Source: a virus
Reading direction: 5' to 3' (one strand)
IMG/VR virus record: IMGVR_UViG_3300031576_000007
Coordinates: 47,990 to 111,989 of that record
Length of the DNA: 64,000 nt
Shown: positions 48,190 through 58,049 of the stretch, piece after piece
Position numbering within the stretch: position 1 is the first letter of the stretch
Layout: the number at the start of each line of letters is the position of its first letter
Made by a program: the position numbers and the translations under genes
Notes under the pieces: model-generated
What the model was told of the DNA's origin: nothing
Seen by the model: only the letters and a program-made list of their open reading frames with translations
Database searches by the model: none

Positions 48190-49757
48190 TAGACTACATA
48201 TCCTCTCACTACTGCGTCAACTTCTTGAGAACTTCCTGATAATCGTACTCTATTTACTCTAATTTGAGTAGTAGTACCATTCCCCACCATTGTAGTACCA
48301 TCTCTAGACTTTACCGTATCAGGGTAAATTCCGAAAGCCGAAAATCCTTGAATATAAACTCTTTCTATCAAATGGCCAACAGATGAAGAATCTCTATAAA
48401 AAATCTCTATTTTAGAACCACTTTCTGTGGGATCTCCCTGGCATCCAGCAACAATTTGTTGTAAGTGAAAGGTTACTCCAGAAGGGATAATATAAATCGC
48501 TGTACTTGTTCCAGATATACTTAATGGAGTATCCGCATTAATTTGAACTGATGTAGTTGCTGGAGGAGGGCTTGGAACACTTATAGAAACTTTTCCAATT
48601 ACTTCAACTCGTCTCTTACTATCATCTGGATCAACTGAAATTGTTGGGAATCTAGTAAAACCACTAAGATCTTTACCAGCAATTACTAGTCCTCTAGTTC
48701 CAGCAGGCATTGCTACATCAGGAACCACATCCATATTAACACTGAGAGCATCAACTAAATGAACGTCTTGATCTGCACCACCAGTAGCTATAAGAGCTTC
48801 TACTTGAAGCCTATTACTAAGAACTCCAACTACGTTTGTTCCGTCCCAAAGTCTGGTTCTTCCTAAAACTCTGGAATCTCTATCAAAAATATCTACAATA
48901 TCTGCTGATGTTAATACCCTAATTTGCCTAGCGTCATATAAAGTTCCGCCAGTAGCTAATTCAGTTTGTAGATTAAAATTTACTGCTGTTTGCTTAAGCT
49001 GCTGACCTTGAGAACCATAAACTATACCTAAAAGTCTTGCTGTTCTGTCTGTTACATCAACCGACCAAGGAGGAGTACCTTGTTGTACTGTCCATACTCC
49101 ACTTTGTACCGCATCTATAGAATCTGTTCCGCTTGCTAAAGTCCAAGTTCTACCAACAGACCAAGCTCCACTTTGAGTAGCAGCAACGGTTCCGGTAACT
49201 ACAACTTGTAACTTTCCTGTAGTATCTACATTTAGGAATTGATAATTTGTACCATCAAATCCAGCTACTATATTTCCCTTATCAGTAAGTGGAACAGCAA
49301 GTTGATTATCTAAAACTTGTTGCGAAGTACCACCAGAAATATTTACATCTATTGGTGTTGTAAAAGGATTAGGTTGTGATGCTAACGTTACATTTGGTAA
49401 AGTTAGTACATCTATTTGCAATTCACCAGCACTATCCGTTTTAATAAACTGATAGTTTGTTCCATCAAACCCTGCTGCAATTCTACCAACATCTCCTAAT
49501 ACTGCTAGTTGACCATCAGTAACTAATTGTCCCGCTGATCCACCACCAGAAACAACTACGTGTAATTTTCCAGTAGCATCTAATGTTAAGAATTTAAAAA
49601 GTCCGGAAGGATCTTTTCCAAGAGTACCAGTACCTTTTGCACCAGTTGTGGAGTCACCTTCTAAATGTTGTTCAGTTCCAGTTTCACTAGCATCAACAGT
49701 TAATGGTGTACTCTCATCATTTGTTACTTCTTGTTCTGTAATTTGAAATTCAGCCAT
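48189..49757 (-). CDS. Head fibre/decoration-like repeat protein
   Basis: Repeats AGFDGTNYQF..D..G.LQ; TQSGAWSV / VQSGVWTV. Confidence 0.6.
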   Translation of the reverse strand: MAEFQITEQEVTNDESTPLTVDASETGTEQHLEGDSTTGAKGTGTLGKDPSGLFKFLTLDATGKLHVVVSGGGSAGQLVTDGQLAVLGDVGRIAAGFDGTNYQFIKTDSAGELQIDVLTLPNVTLASQPNPFTTPIDVNISGGTSQQVLDNQLAVPLTDKGNIVAGFDGTNYQFLNVDTTGKLQVVVTGTVAATQSGAWSVGRTWTLASGTDSIDAVQSGVWTVQQGTPPWSVDVTDRTARLLGIVYGSQGQQLKQTAVNFNLQTELATGGTLYDARQIRVLTSADIVDIFDRDSRVLGRTRLWDGTNVVGVLSNRLQVEALIATGGADQDVHLVDALSVNMDVVPDVAMPAGTRGLVIAGKDLSGFTRFPTISVDPDDSKRRVEVIGKVSISVPSPPPATTSVQINADTPLSISGTSTAIYIIPSGVTFHLQQIVAGCQGDPTESGSKIEIFYRDSSSVGHLIERVYIQGFSAFGIYPDTVKSRDGTTMVGNGTTTQIRVNRVRLSGSSQEVDAVVRGYVV

Positions 49758-49758
49758 A

Positions 49759-50574
49759 TTACACCATAAACCCGTTTAGGCCACCAGAAGATACGCCAGC
49801 TGCTCCAGAAACTCTTGTTGCGGTAATTCGAACTACTCTTGTAGCTGCTCCAACAATAGGTATTGCTGTTAGAAATAAATTATTATTTCCAGGAACAGAA
49901 CCACTGTTTAAGGTTGCTCTAATTACTCTAACTAATGCTGCACCATCTCTTATTTCAAGTCTAAAAGTACAAATTCTATCAGAATACCAATCCCATCCAG
50001 AAAGATTATAAGTAGATCCTGCTGGTACTGGAATAGAAACAATAACATCTGGTCCTGCTGTTAATGCAACAAGACCGTCTCCAGCATCGTCTGATGAAGC
50101 ATCTGTAACTACTCCAGCTGAAGCACCAATCTTTACGTTGATACTTCCGTCTGTATTGATTTCAAGTTCGTCGCCTTCATTATCATGAATAGCTACGTTA
50201 TCCCCATCAGCAGAATCTAACTCTACATTAAGTCCTAGTGCTGTTACAATCTCAACTGGAAGTGGATTTAAAGTTGAGAAAGCAGAGCCATTTTCATCTT
50301 TAAGTCTTACAGTTATGCTGCCATCAGTTTCAATGAGAAGTTCATTATCATCCGCTGTGTTACGTATCGCAATATTGTCTGTATCTGAATCTATGTCTAC
50401 ATTTATTACCGCATTTTGAATTGAAACATTAGCATCTACGGCAAGACGACGAATTCCACCTCCATCAACTATGCTGTCAATTGGTAAGCCTGTTTCATGG
50501 GCAACCAAAGAAACGCCTTGATTCACGCCCCTCGGTGTAAACTGAGAGCCTGAAGATTTGTTCTTGGTGCTCAT
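49759..50574 (-). CDS. Head fibre/decoration-like protein
   Basis: 2x DN.AI......EL.I.TDGSI.V; STLNPLPV. Confidence 0.6.
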   Translation of the reverse strand: MSTKNKSSGSQFTPRGVNQGVSLVAHETGLPIDSIVDGGGIRRLAVDANVSIQNAVINVDIDSDTDNIAIRNTADDNELLIETDGSITVRLKDENGSAFSTLNPLPVEIVTALGLNVELDSADGDNVAIHDNEGDELEINTDGSINVKIGASAGVVTDASSDDAGDGLVALTAGPDVIVSIPVPAGSTYNLSGWDWYSDRICTFRLEIRDGAALVRVIRATLNSGSVPGNNNLFLTAIPIVGAATRVVRITATRVSGAAGVSSGGLNGFMV

Positions 50575-50590
50575 TGACGCCTTTTATGGT

Positions 50591-50890
50591 TTAAACTTTA
50601 GGTGCAGCAGATTCTACTTTTCCAGCTTTTAATTTTTCTAGTTCTGGATAATTTTCTTTATTGATGTGATCCACTTCTTTTTTTAACTCTTCAATTAACG
50701 GGGTAACACTTGATTTAAGAAATTCTTTATATTCATTAGCATACTTTTCTTGTTCTTGTTTTACTTTGCTACGTAGTTCATCTATTTTAGATGAAAGAAC
50801 CTTAACCTGCTCTGTTGGCTCATATTTCTCTAACGCCCCTGCTATTATACGCAGAACAAGAGTGTCTGCATCAAAACTTAAAAGTGCCAT
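50591..50890 (-). CDS. Coiled-coil hypothetical protein
   Basis: GGAGG RBS; coupled to the upstream ORF. Confidence 0.55.
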   Translation of the reverse strand: MALLSFDADTLVLRIIAGALEKYEPTEQVKVLSSKIDELRSKVKQEQEKYANEYKEFLKSSVTPLIEELKKEVDHINKENYPELEKLKAGKVESAAPKV

Positions 50891-51519
50891 TATTCCTCCT
50901 CCGAATTTTGTTCTTTTAATTTAATATCATATCTTATATGCCCAAAACAATAACCACTTGGACTTCCTTTAGATGATTTAGACTCACATACAGTACCGGT
51001 TGGTTTGATATGCGGGCATAAACCAATCTCAGCGTGAGCTTGTGATATCTCTTCTATAGTAAGTTGCGGGATTTCTGTTTCAGTATCAATCCCCCCAGTT
51101 TCTTCACTTTTCTCAGCTTTTTCTGTAATTTCAATCTGTTCAACTATTCCTGATGGCTCTAAAAGAACTTGTTCCTCAACAGTATCTTTTATTTTGTTTA
51201 CTGGTCTTAGAAATTTATCTAAACCAATTGCATCCAAATAGTGATAAAAGACATCCTTACCAAATATTAATTCTATGTCTTTTGTACGAAAACCTAATTT
51301 TTGAAGAAAAGCTAGTTCGAATTCTTTATGCTTTTTAAACATAGAGTTCTTTTTAAGTTCTCTATAAGCTTTTGAGTCCTTCTCCACTACTGTATAACCG
51401 TTGCAAAATTTTAGTCCGCTAACGTAGTTATTTCCAAAGAATCGTAGTGGATGTTTAACTACTACATATATTTTATTGGTCTTTCCATAGAAAGCACCAC
51501 TTCTTGTATTCCAGTACAT
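50890..51519 (-). CDS. Hypothetical protein with C-terminal C3H Zn finger
   Basis: GGAGGAG RBS before MYWNT; C...C...C..H at the C-terminus. Confidence 0.6.
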   Translation of the reverse strand: MYWNTRSGAFYGKTNKIYVVVKHPLRFFGNNYVSGLKFCNGYTVVEKDSKAYRELKKNSMFKKHKEFELAFLQKLGFRTKDIELIFGKDVFYHYLDAIGLDKFLRPVNKIKDTVEEQVLLEPSGIVEQIEITEKAEKSEETGGIDTETEIPQLTIEEISQAHAEIGLCPHIKPTGTVCESKSSKGSPSGYCFGHIRYDIKLKEQNSEEE

Positions 51520-51540
51520 GGCTCCTCCAGTACTTTTAAG

Positions 51541-51568
51541 AAAAGGGGGAAGACTCAATCTTCCCCCC
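51541..51568 (-). terminator. Rho-independent terminator after the major capsid gene
   Basis: gggggaaga-5 nt-tcttccccc stem followed by TTTT on the - strand. Confidence 0.8.
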
Positions 51569-51593
51569 AATCCTTGTTAATTAATTAGCCTTA

Positions 51594-52964
51594 TTATGCA
51601 CCCAAGGGGAGTACATCTCTCATTCTGGCCAAACTTAACCTGTTGTACAAATCAAACCCGCAATACCATTTTAAACGATACTGATGGGCATTCTCGTTTT
51701 CACGAGGACCAACATACTCAAACACTACTCCTGCATCACTCGCAGAAGTAAAGCCGCAAAGACCAACGTATTGGCCCCAACGTCCGCAGTAGACCTGTGA
51801 TCCGTCATTTCTCTCATAAATATTGTAGGTTTCACCCACAAGTGAAAGAGAGGCATGGTTAGGAGCAAGAACTGTTTCTGCTTCGTTGTTTTCGGTGTCC
51901 ATAAAGGTACCAGACACAGCTACGGTGAGAACCGAAGGGTTCGCCATTGTAGCATTGGTAATAAGCCATCGACGAAGAATACCATCGTTGTCTCGGACAT
52001 GAACTTCAGCTTTACCAAGAGCAATACCATCAAGCAACGCTTGAGGGACTGCTACTGAATAATCTTCAGCTGTAGTAATTGAAGTTGCACCAACCGCAGC
52101 AACAACTCCCGTATCGATCAGGTTAACTGGTTCAAATCGTGACACAAAATCATTTCTGAACACAGGAATTTCCTGGTACATCAATCGGGGTTTCATGTTG
52201 CCTAATCCAGCTTGCTGGATTTGGTTAGCATCTGTTCCACCACCAGTATTACGCAGCAATGTGCGCAATGTTCGGATATCCCTGGCGTGCATCATTAGAA
52301 AGTCAGGTTTACCAGTAGTAATCCTGTCGATGAGAGCATCGAGATCTTCTAATGTGTATACTCGTCCTGGGCGACCATTTCGTGGTGAAGCTGGGTCATC
52401 CTCAATCAGAGCAGATGTCTGAGTTGAAGAGCCGTTGTTATAGAATGGATGGTTCACATCATCCAAATTGCCTTGTTCGCCATCGAGGATTTCTTTCATT
52501 CCTGAAAATTTCGCTTCGATCCCGATAAGACCATGGGTTGATTGAACTAGAGGTCCACCAGGTACTCGACGCAAATTGATGATCGCGTTCATATAAGTAC
52601 GAGCAATGTCCTTCGCTTTGGAAGAAATTTGTACTTGAAGTTGATCATTATGGTCAGATAACTGATCCTCAATCTGACCGTCCATTATAATCTCGCCAAT
52701 GATGGCAGAGAGATGAACGGCCACTGGTTGGAACGTAGCACCTTTTTGATATTTGCTAGCATTAAGGTCGGTTCCAGGGGCTGCGAAAGCTGATTTAGCT
52801 AACGTCTTTTCTCTTGTGAAAGAATAAGAAAGACCTTCAAACATGACGAATGGAAGATATTGATACCATTCATCAACTGTTATAATGTCTTCAATAACAC
52901 CTTCAACAAGAAGATCGTTCGATATATTAGCAGCTTCAGCAAGTGTAATAACTTGTTCGGCCAT
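51594..52964 (-). CDS. Major capsid protein (HK97 fold) with insertion
   Basis: ITLAEAA, GVIE.I......LPF, YSFTRE, GKPDFLMM, EIPVFRND, YRLKWYCGF.L....LAR. Confidence 0.9.
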   Translation of the reverse strand: MAEQVITLAEAANISNDLLVEGVIEDIITVDEWYQYLPFVMFEGLSYSFTREKTLAKSAFAAPGTDLNASKYQKGATFQPVAVHLSAIIGEIIMDGQIEDQLSDHNDQLQVQISSKAKDIARTYMNAIINLRRVPGGPLVQSTHGLIGIEAKFSGMKEILDGEQGNLDDVNHPFYNNGSSTQTSALIEDDPASPRNGRPGRVYTLEDLDALIDRITTGKPDFLMMHARDIRTLRTLLRNTGGGTDANQIQQAGLGNMKPRLMYQEIPVFRNDFVSRFEPVNLIDTGVVAAVGATSITTAEDYSVAVPQALLDGIALGKAEVHVRDNDGILRRWLITNATMANPSVLTVAVSGTFMDTENNEAETVLAPNHASLSLVGETYNIYERNDGSQVYCGRWGQYVGLCGFTSASDAGVVFEYVGPRENENAHQYRLKWYCGFDLYNRLSLARMRDVLPLGA

Positions 52965-52990
52965 TTTTATTTATCTCCTTAGTTGTTATT

Positions 52991-53872
52991 TTATTTTCGT
53001 TTAGCATCTCGCCACTGCTTTAGCCCAGCTCCAATCTTCCCCATAGAGGAAAGACTTTTCTTCTTGGCATCTTTTTCTTTATCTGAATCTATCCTGGCAC
53101 CATCTTTGGCACCTGGAGTGGCATTGAAGACTTTTACTGATTTTGTGCTAAACATTCCTTCTTTTTTAGCAGTTCTAATTTCTTCTAAAGCTTGTCTGGT
53201 TGTACCAGCACCTTTAACTATTAGATCTGCTGTCTTACGATATTTTTCTGGGATATCCCCAACTTCTTTATCAAGTTGTTCTTTCCAGTAATTTTCATAA
53301 GCTTTTAGCTCGGCTTGTGCTTTTTCCTTTTCGGACTGAAGTGCAACCTTCTCTTCACGATATTTGTCTTCAATTTGTGTAACTTTGTCTTGAAGTTCTT
53401 CTATTGCACTTTCTCTATGAGCGATTTTCTCTTCTAGAGTACGCTTCCTGTCGGCTTCTCTTTCTTTGAGAGTGTCTAATTCCTTTGCTTTGTCAGCAAG
53501 AGGAGTAAATTTATTCTCAATTTCTTTGAGCCTTCGTTCGTAATCTTCGGCTAGCTGTTTTTCAAGCTCCTTCTTTTCAACTCTATTCTTAGCTGCTTCG
53601 TCTCTGGCACCTTTCATTTCTTTCAAAAGGTCTTCCTTTGTCCAATCAGCATAAGGATCAGTTGTCTTATCGCTTTTCTTTTCCTCATCAGTTGTATTAC
53701 TATCTTTGTTTTCATCTGATACAGTTACTTTATCAGAATCCCCATTAGAAGTATCTACAACGCCCTGCGTATCTTCCTCTGTTTCATCTGCTGCTGTAGC
53801 GGTATTCGCTGCAACAACTTCTTTTTTATCTTTTGTTCCAAAAAGGTTATTTAGTTTTGTGCCTTTTAGCAT
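52991..53872 (-). CDS. Capsid scaffold protein
   Basis: Acidic N-terminus, ARDEAAKNRV and long coiled coil, immediately upstream of the capsid gene. Confidence 0.8.
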   Translation of the reverse strand: MLKGTKLNNLFGTKDKKEVVAANTATAADETEEDTQGVVDTSNGDSDKVTVSDENKDSNTTDEEKKSDKTTDPYADWTKEDLLKEMKGARDEAAKNRVEKKELEKQLAEDYERRLKEIENKFTPLADKAKELDTLKEREADRKRTLEEKIAHRESAIEELQDKVTQIEDKYREEKVALQSEKEKAQAELKAYENYWKEQLDKEVGDIPEKYRKTADLIVKGAGTTRQALEEIRTAKKEGMFSTKSVKVFNATPGAKDGARIDSDKEKDAKKKSLSSMGKIGAGLKQWRDAKRK

Positions 53873-53927
53873 ATTTACCTCTGGGTTCCACCCTGGTATA
53901 ATTTATTATTTAGTTAGGTTCCACCTA

Positions 53928-54281
53928 TTATTTATAGCCAAAATCCTGATTTTCAGAGACTGATTTAAGAGCATCAGTAGCTGTCTGTCCTGCTCTTTCA
54001 ATAAATTCACTGTTTCTTGGGTCTTGATCTAAATTTCTCACCTTCTGCATCAGAGGTGATATTGATACAACTCTTAAAGCAACAATGTGGTTAACATTAA
54101 GTTCCGTAGGGTAAGGCCCAGGAATTGGTACCCAATTGTTTTTCTTTATTTTAGTCATCCACTTTTTATGTTCTTTCTTGCAATCGGACTCAGAGCCCTC
54201 AAATACACTGAAAGGAACATTTATAGTGTCCATAACTAAAACATGAGTTGAAATTTTATTTTGCTTTCCATTTTGAATCAT
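53928..54281 (-). CDS. Hypothetical protein
   Basis: GGGAG RBS; between portal and scaffold. Confidence 0.6.
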   Translation of the reverse strand: MIQNGKQNKISTHVLVMDTINVPFSVFEGSESDCKKEHKKWMTKIKKNNWVPIPGPYPTELNVNHIVALRVVSISPLMQKVRNLDQDPRNSEFIERAGQTATDALKSVSENQDFGYK

Positions 54282-54311
54282 GCTACTCTCCCTTTAGCAA
54301 TAATCCTCTTT

Positions 54312-56183
54312 TTACTTACCTTGAGGCTTCTGAGCTCTCTCCTCTTTTTTCTGCGGTCTCTGATCTAAGTTTTTCCCTTTCTGTTTAGATTTCTCTTCAG
54401 AATCTTTAAACTTATTATCTTTCCCAGAAATTGCCTTATCTGCACCTTGGGCTGAAGGTACCAGTCTTTTACCATCTGGCATAATCCCATGCTTATTCAT
54501 CGTCTTAGCTTGAGTTTCGAATAGTTCAGATTCCCTTTCCGCTTGCTCAATTCTATCTTTATGATGACCCTCAATAAGTGCGTCAATTTGAGTATCATCC
54601 ATGTGCGGAAATAAATCTTTTATAGCACGTCTATCACCAGATTCTATAATCTTTCTCTGCCCTTCAAGCAAATTGATCTTTGTTAGTGGATCGATAGGAA
54701 AATTAGGTTCTACATATGTTATCTGTAATTCTGCATTTTCACTAAATTGACGGCTGCCTTTTTCATTATAGTGAACATTCCATAGTTTTTTGACAACCTG
54801 AAATAGCTGCTTTTCTCTTTCCATAAAGACTTTTTGACGTCTGATGTTTTCTTCAATAACACCAATTTTAGTCATCATCTTACTAAATCCAGAGTCAGAA
54901 TTAGACTTTTCTGCGGTACCCTTTGACATTAGCCCATGGTTAACACGCACCCAGTCTTGAAGTTGCTGAATTGTTTGGGCTAATCCTTGGATATCAGCTT
55001 GTGGGTGCGCAAATTTAAAGTCTCCCTTTTCCCCTACCGCAATAGCAGTATCGGGACCTATACTCATTCCCACAGAATTTGCGTCTGCATTTCCATCTGT
55101 TAAAACGTTAAATGAAGAATCGAAACTCCTATATGGGAGCCCCATACCAAGTCTAGAAAACGCACCTGCATGTGATCGTGTTGCAGAGCCAGATCTAAAA
55201 AAATTAAAGTCATCTACAGGTCTCCCTCTTCGAATTGAAGTTCCTCTTTCAACTCCAGTTAGTACGGGGATACCAAAAGATTGAAATTTGGCTATATGAT
55301 TTAAATCTGTTAACCTCATATTAATTGCATGATTAGCATATAAAAGAGGTTCATTTACAGGTAAAAAGTAATAGTGAGCAGGTTCTTGATTGAAGAAAGG
55401 AACAGCCGGGATTATTCCATAAGGATTCCCACCATCATAAAGGAAGTTCTCTTCGCCTTTTTCACCAATTTCAGATACCCTATGGTCTTCTGGTGACCAA
55501 TAAATAGTAGTAACTTTTTGGTGGCCTAGTGATTCTTTTTGAATCCCCATTGCATTTCTTACTCCTGCATTACGGGGATCGCCAACTCCACCTTGGCCTT
55601 CTCCAAAACCTTTAAATCCGTGTCCAAAACCAATAAGAAGTTCAGAAATATAGTAAGGACTATCAATGTACTTAACATCATAGACCCCCCCATGCAAAAC
55701 ATCTAATCTTACAGATCCCTCTTCTGTTTCTTCTACTAGCTCACCTTTTTCATCTATAAAGGAAACTTTTACTAAAATAGTACCTAAGAGTCTACACCAC
55801 CTATCGAGTTTATCCATTATTTGAAGGTATCTAGAAGACTGCTGAATCTCTTCCCAAAGTTTTTGATCTTTGGGCAGTGGTTTACCAGTCTTAGAGTCCA
55901 TAACCTTATAAATAGGAGATTCCCTATACAAAATAGATGTTTCATCAACAATTTCTTTAGTGAGGTTTATCGGGAGTATCTGTTGTTTTTCTGGATTCCT
56001 AAATTGCTTTAAAAGGTCTAACCAGACAAACTCATCTTGACGACCTTCATAAAATGCTAAGGCAATTTCAGTTATCCATCTCCGATAAAAGATATTCTCG
56101 TAAAGGTAAACTCCTACTGCTCCGAAGCCCATCCCCCCTAAATACCCACCAGGATAATTTTTGATTCCAAGATTGAAAGAAAT
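54312..56183 (-). CDS. Portal protein (ATG 56132, or probable ATT start 56183)
   Basis: FYEGRQ, INLTKEIVDE....Y, NPYGIIP.V.F, KFQSFG.PVLTG, SG....K (SPP1 gp6-like); between terminase and scaffold. Confidence 0.85.
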   Translation of the reverse strand: MSFNLGIKNYPGGYLGGMGFGAVGVYLYENIFYRRWITEIALAFYEGRQDEFVWLDLLKQFRNPEKQQILPINLTKEIVDETSILYRESPIYKVMDSKTGKPLPKDQKLWEEIQQSSRYLQIMDKLDRWCRLLGTILVKVSFIDEKGELVEETEEGSVRLDVLHGGVYDVKYIDSPYYISELLIGFGHGFKGFGEGQGGVGDPRNAGVRNAMGIQKESLGHQKVTTIYWSPEDHRVSEIGEKGEENFLYDGGNPYGIIPAVPFFNQEPAHYYFLPVNEPLLYANHAINMRLTDLNHIAKFQSFGIPVLTGVERGTSIRRGRPVDDFNFFRSGSATRSHAGAFSRLGMGLPYRSFDSSFNVLTDGNADANSVGMSIGPDTAIAVGEKGDFKFAHPQADIQGLAQTIQQLQDWVRVNHGLMSKGTAEKSNSDSGFSKMMTKIGVIEENIRRQKVFMEREKQLFQVVKKLWNVHYNEKGSRQFSENAELQITYVEPNFPIDPLTKINLLEGQRKIIESGDRRAIKDLFPHMDDTQIDALIEGHHKDRIEQAERESELFETQAKTMNKHGIMPDGKRLVPSAQGADKAISGKDNKFKDSEEKSKQKGKNLDQRPQKKEERAQKPQGK

Positions 56184-56203
56184 TTTTATACTCCTTTATA
56201 GAA

Positions 56204-56231
56204 GAGTAGGAAGGTTTTAATCTTCCTACTC
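56204..56231 (-). terminator. Hairpin just upstream of the portal RBS
   Basis: gagtaggaag / cttcctactc 10-bp stem; weak U-tail. Confidence 0.5.
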
Positions 56232-56253
56232 CACATTTCTAACCTAAAGTAGG

Positions 56254-56421
56254 TTACTTATCCTTGCCCTTATAAGATTTCTTCAGAGACCAAGATGCCT
56301 GGTTACAATCGTGCTTTTCACGACTTCCAGCCAACTTATCACCCTTCATTCGCATTCCCCGCGACTTAAGTGAAGGAACATCATCAGAAACCTTTTTGGC
56401 ATTCGATTTCATTTCAGCCAT
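56254..56421 (-). CDS. 55-aa basic protein (not in ORF track)
   Basis: AAGGAG RBS; MAEMKSNAKKVSDDVPSLKSRGMRMKGDKLAG..., paralogous to 57136-57450. Confidence 0.7.
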   Translation of the reverse strand: MAEMKSNAKKVSDDVPSLKSRGMRMKGDKLAGSREKHDCNQASWSLKKSYKGKDK

Positions 56422-56451
56422 TATTTCTCCTTATAAACTAATTAGTTATTG

Positions 56452-56970
56452 TTATGCGGTTCTCGGTCCCGCGTCTAGCTCAAAACGAAGTGTTACGTTT
56501 GACTCAGTTGTAAAAGGGTTTATGTCTTTTAACCGCAAAACAGTGTTACTAACTATGCGAGCTTTTTTAGCTGCAACGTCACCAGAGTTTGCCTCTTCTA
56601 CAATTCTAAATCTAGCGAGAGCTATAACTGAATTTTTTTGCATAATTCTTAGCTCGTCACCATTTTTTAATCCTCGTTTATCAAGTTGAGAACTCGAAGG
56701 AAGTGTAATTCTTAAGCCAAAATCCCCAACACCGAAATCGAATCTGTCAATGACTGCTTCAACTTCCCATGCTAGTTCTATTTTTCTGTCTAAAGAATCA
56801 AAACCAAAGTTTTTTGACTGTCGCCTTCGAATTCCTCTAAATGCTTTGTACCCAGAAGATTTATTCAACTTTTTATCAAGTTGCTCAACTTTTTCTCTTC
56901 CAGGAACATTATCCGTAACATCGTCTTGGAGCTTGTGTAATTTTTGTACAGACCTAAGATTAAGCCCCAT
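56452..56970 (-). CDS. Hypothetical protein
   Basis: AAGGAG RBS. Confidence 0.6.
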   Translation of the reverse strand: MGLNLRSVQKLHKLQDDVTDNVPGREKVEQLDKKLNKSSGYKAFRGIRRRQSKNFGFDSLDRKIELAWEVEAVIDRFDFGVGDFGLRITLPSSSQLDKRGLKNGDELRIMQKNSVIALARFRIVEEANSGDVAAKKARIVSNTVLRLKDINPFTTESNVTLRFELDAGPRTA

Positions 56971-57136
56971 TTTTAGTTCTCCTTGTTACTGCCTTTTGTT
57001 TTGAGATTGATTTTAATTTAATCAAACTTTGTACCAGATTTCGTCCTGGTCTATATTTCATTGCATTTATATCCAATACTTTCTGGTATTGGTTTTTCAT
57101 ATCATTCAGAGGAGTTTTAGATCCTTTGTTTGACAT
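56960..57136 (-). CDS. Small basic protein
   Basis: ATG coupled to the upstream stop. Confidence 0.5.
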   Translation of the reverse strand: MSNKGSKTPLNDMKNQYQKVLDINAMKYRPGRNLVQSLIKLKSISKQKAVTRRTKNGA

Positions 57137-57450
57137 TATTTCTTCCCCGATTTTCCTGTGCAACTATACTTACCATACTTCGAGACATCAATTTTACCTT
57201 GATAACCCAAATTGCCAGGAACCTTCCTCAACGATCTAAGCCTCGTTGCTTCTTCTCTTAAAAGAGCGAAAGCAGTGGAACTACCAGGCCCTCTATCTCC
57301 CATATTAGGCAGAGCTTTTGAATTGTTATCTGCTTTATATGAATGACCTTGTGGCAATCCTTTTCCTTTTTGGCTAACTCCTCTAGTTTTAAGAGTATTA
57401 CCCCCAGAAGCTTTTTTTGCGTTAGATTTCCATGATTCATTACTAGACAT
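57136..57450 (-). CDS. Basic low-complexity protein
   Basis: GAGG RBS; Lys/Gly-rich. Confidence 0.6.
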   Translation of the reverse strand: MSSNESWKSNAKKASGGNTLKTRGVSQKGKGLPQGHSYKADNNSKALPNMGDRGPGSSTAFALLREEATRLRSLRKVPGNLGYQGKIDVSKYGKYSCTGKSGKK

Positions 57451-57467
57451 TATATTAACCTCTATTA

Positions 57468-57689
57468 TTAAAAATATTCTTGTAAAAGACTAAAGACATA
57501 CTGGTTTATTTCATCAAATTTTTGATTTGGTAACATATTACCCCAATTATGATGTGCGTACTTTTTGTATACAAGTAACAACACTTTTGTTTGAAGATCT
57601 AAATCATTTTGTATTTCTTCGGGCCAGTTTTCAAGACAGGGCCTAAAACGCCCTCCCCAGTATTTTATTAAACGTGGAGTGCTAGGCAT
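57468..57689 (-). CDS. Hypothetical protein
   Basis: Operon ORF. Confidence 0.5.
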   Translation of the reverse strand: MPSTPRLIKYWGGRFRPCLENWPEEIQNDLDLQTKVLLLVYKKYAHHNWGNMLPNQKFDEINQYVFSLLQEYF

Positions 57690-57697
57690 GTTTATAA

Positions 57698-58021
57698 TTA
57701 AACCGCTATAATTGTTGCTTTACCAGAACCAGCAGATCTAGTAATTTTTACCCACTTTATTAAGTGATCCGTATCAACACCACCATAGGTAAGTCTCCCA
57801 GAAGCAAATGCTCCTAAAGTAAAAAACTGTAATCCATCAATAGACCCATCAGCAGTTGCTGTTAGGGAACTATCTAATTGAATAGTAAGTTTTTTAGCTA
57901 CAATATCAAGTCTAACTACATCTACACTAGGTGACACACTTAAGCTAATAGTTTTATGTAGAGCAGTTTGATCTTGCCGCTGTCTTACTTGTCTTCGATT
58001 GTCAATTATTGGGTCTGCCAT
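57698..58021 (-). CDS. Small beta-sandwich virion-type protein
   Basis: GSIDG..F..L and WVKI motifs; AAGGA RBS. Confidence 0.55.
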   Translation of the reverse strand: MADPIIDNRRQVRQRQDQTALHKTISLSVSPSVDVVRLDIVAKKLTIQLDSSLTATADGSIDGLQFFTLGAFASGRLTYGGVDTDHLIKWVKITRSAGSGKATIIAV

Positions 58022-58049
58022 TTCTTATCCTTTTTCTCTTCTTTGCTTA

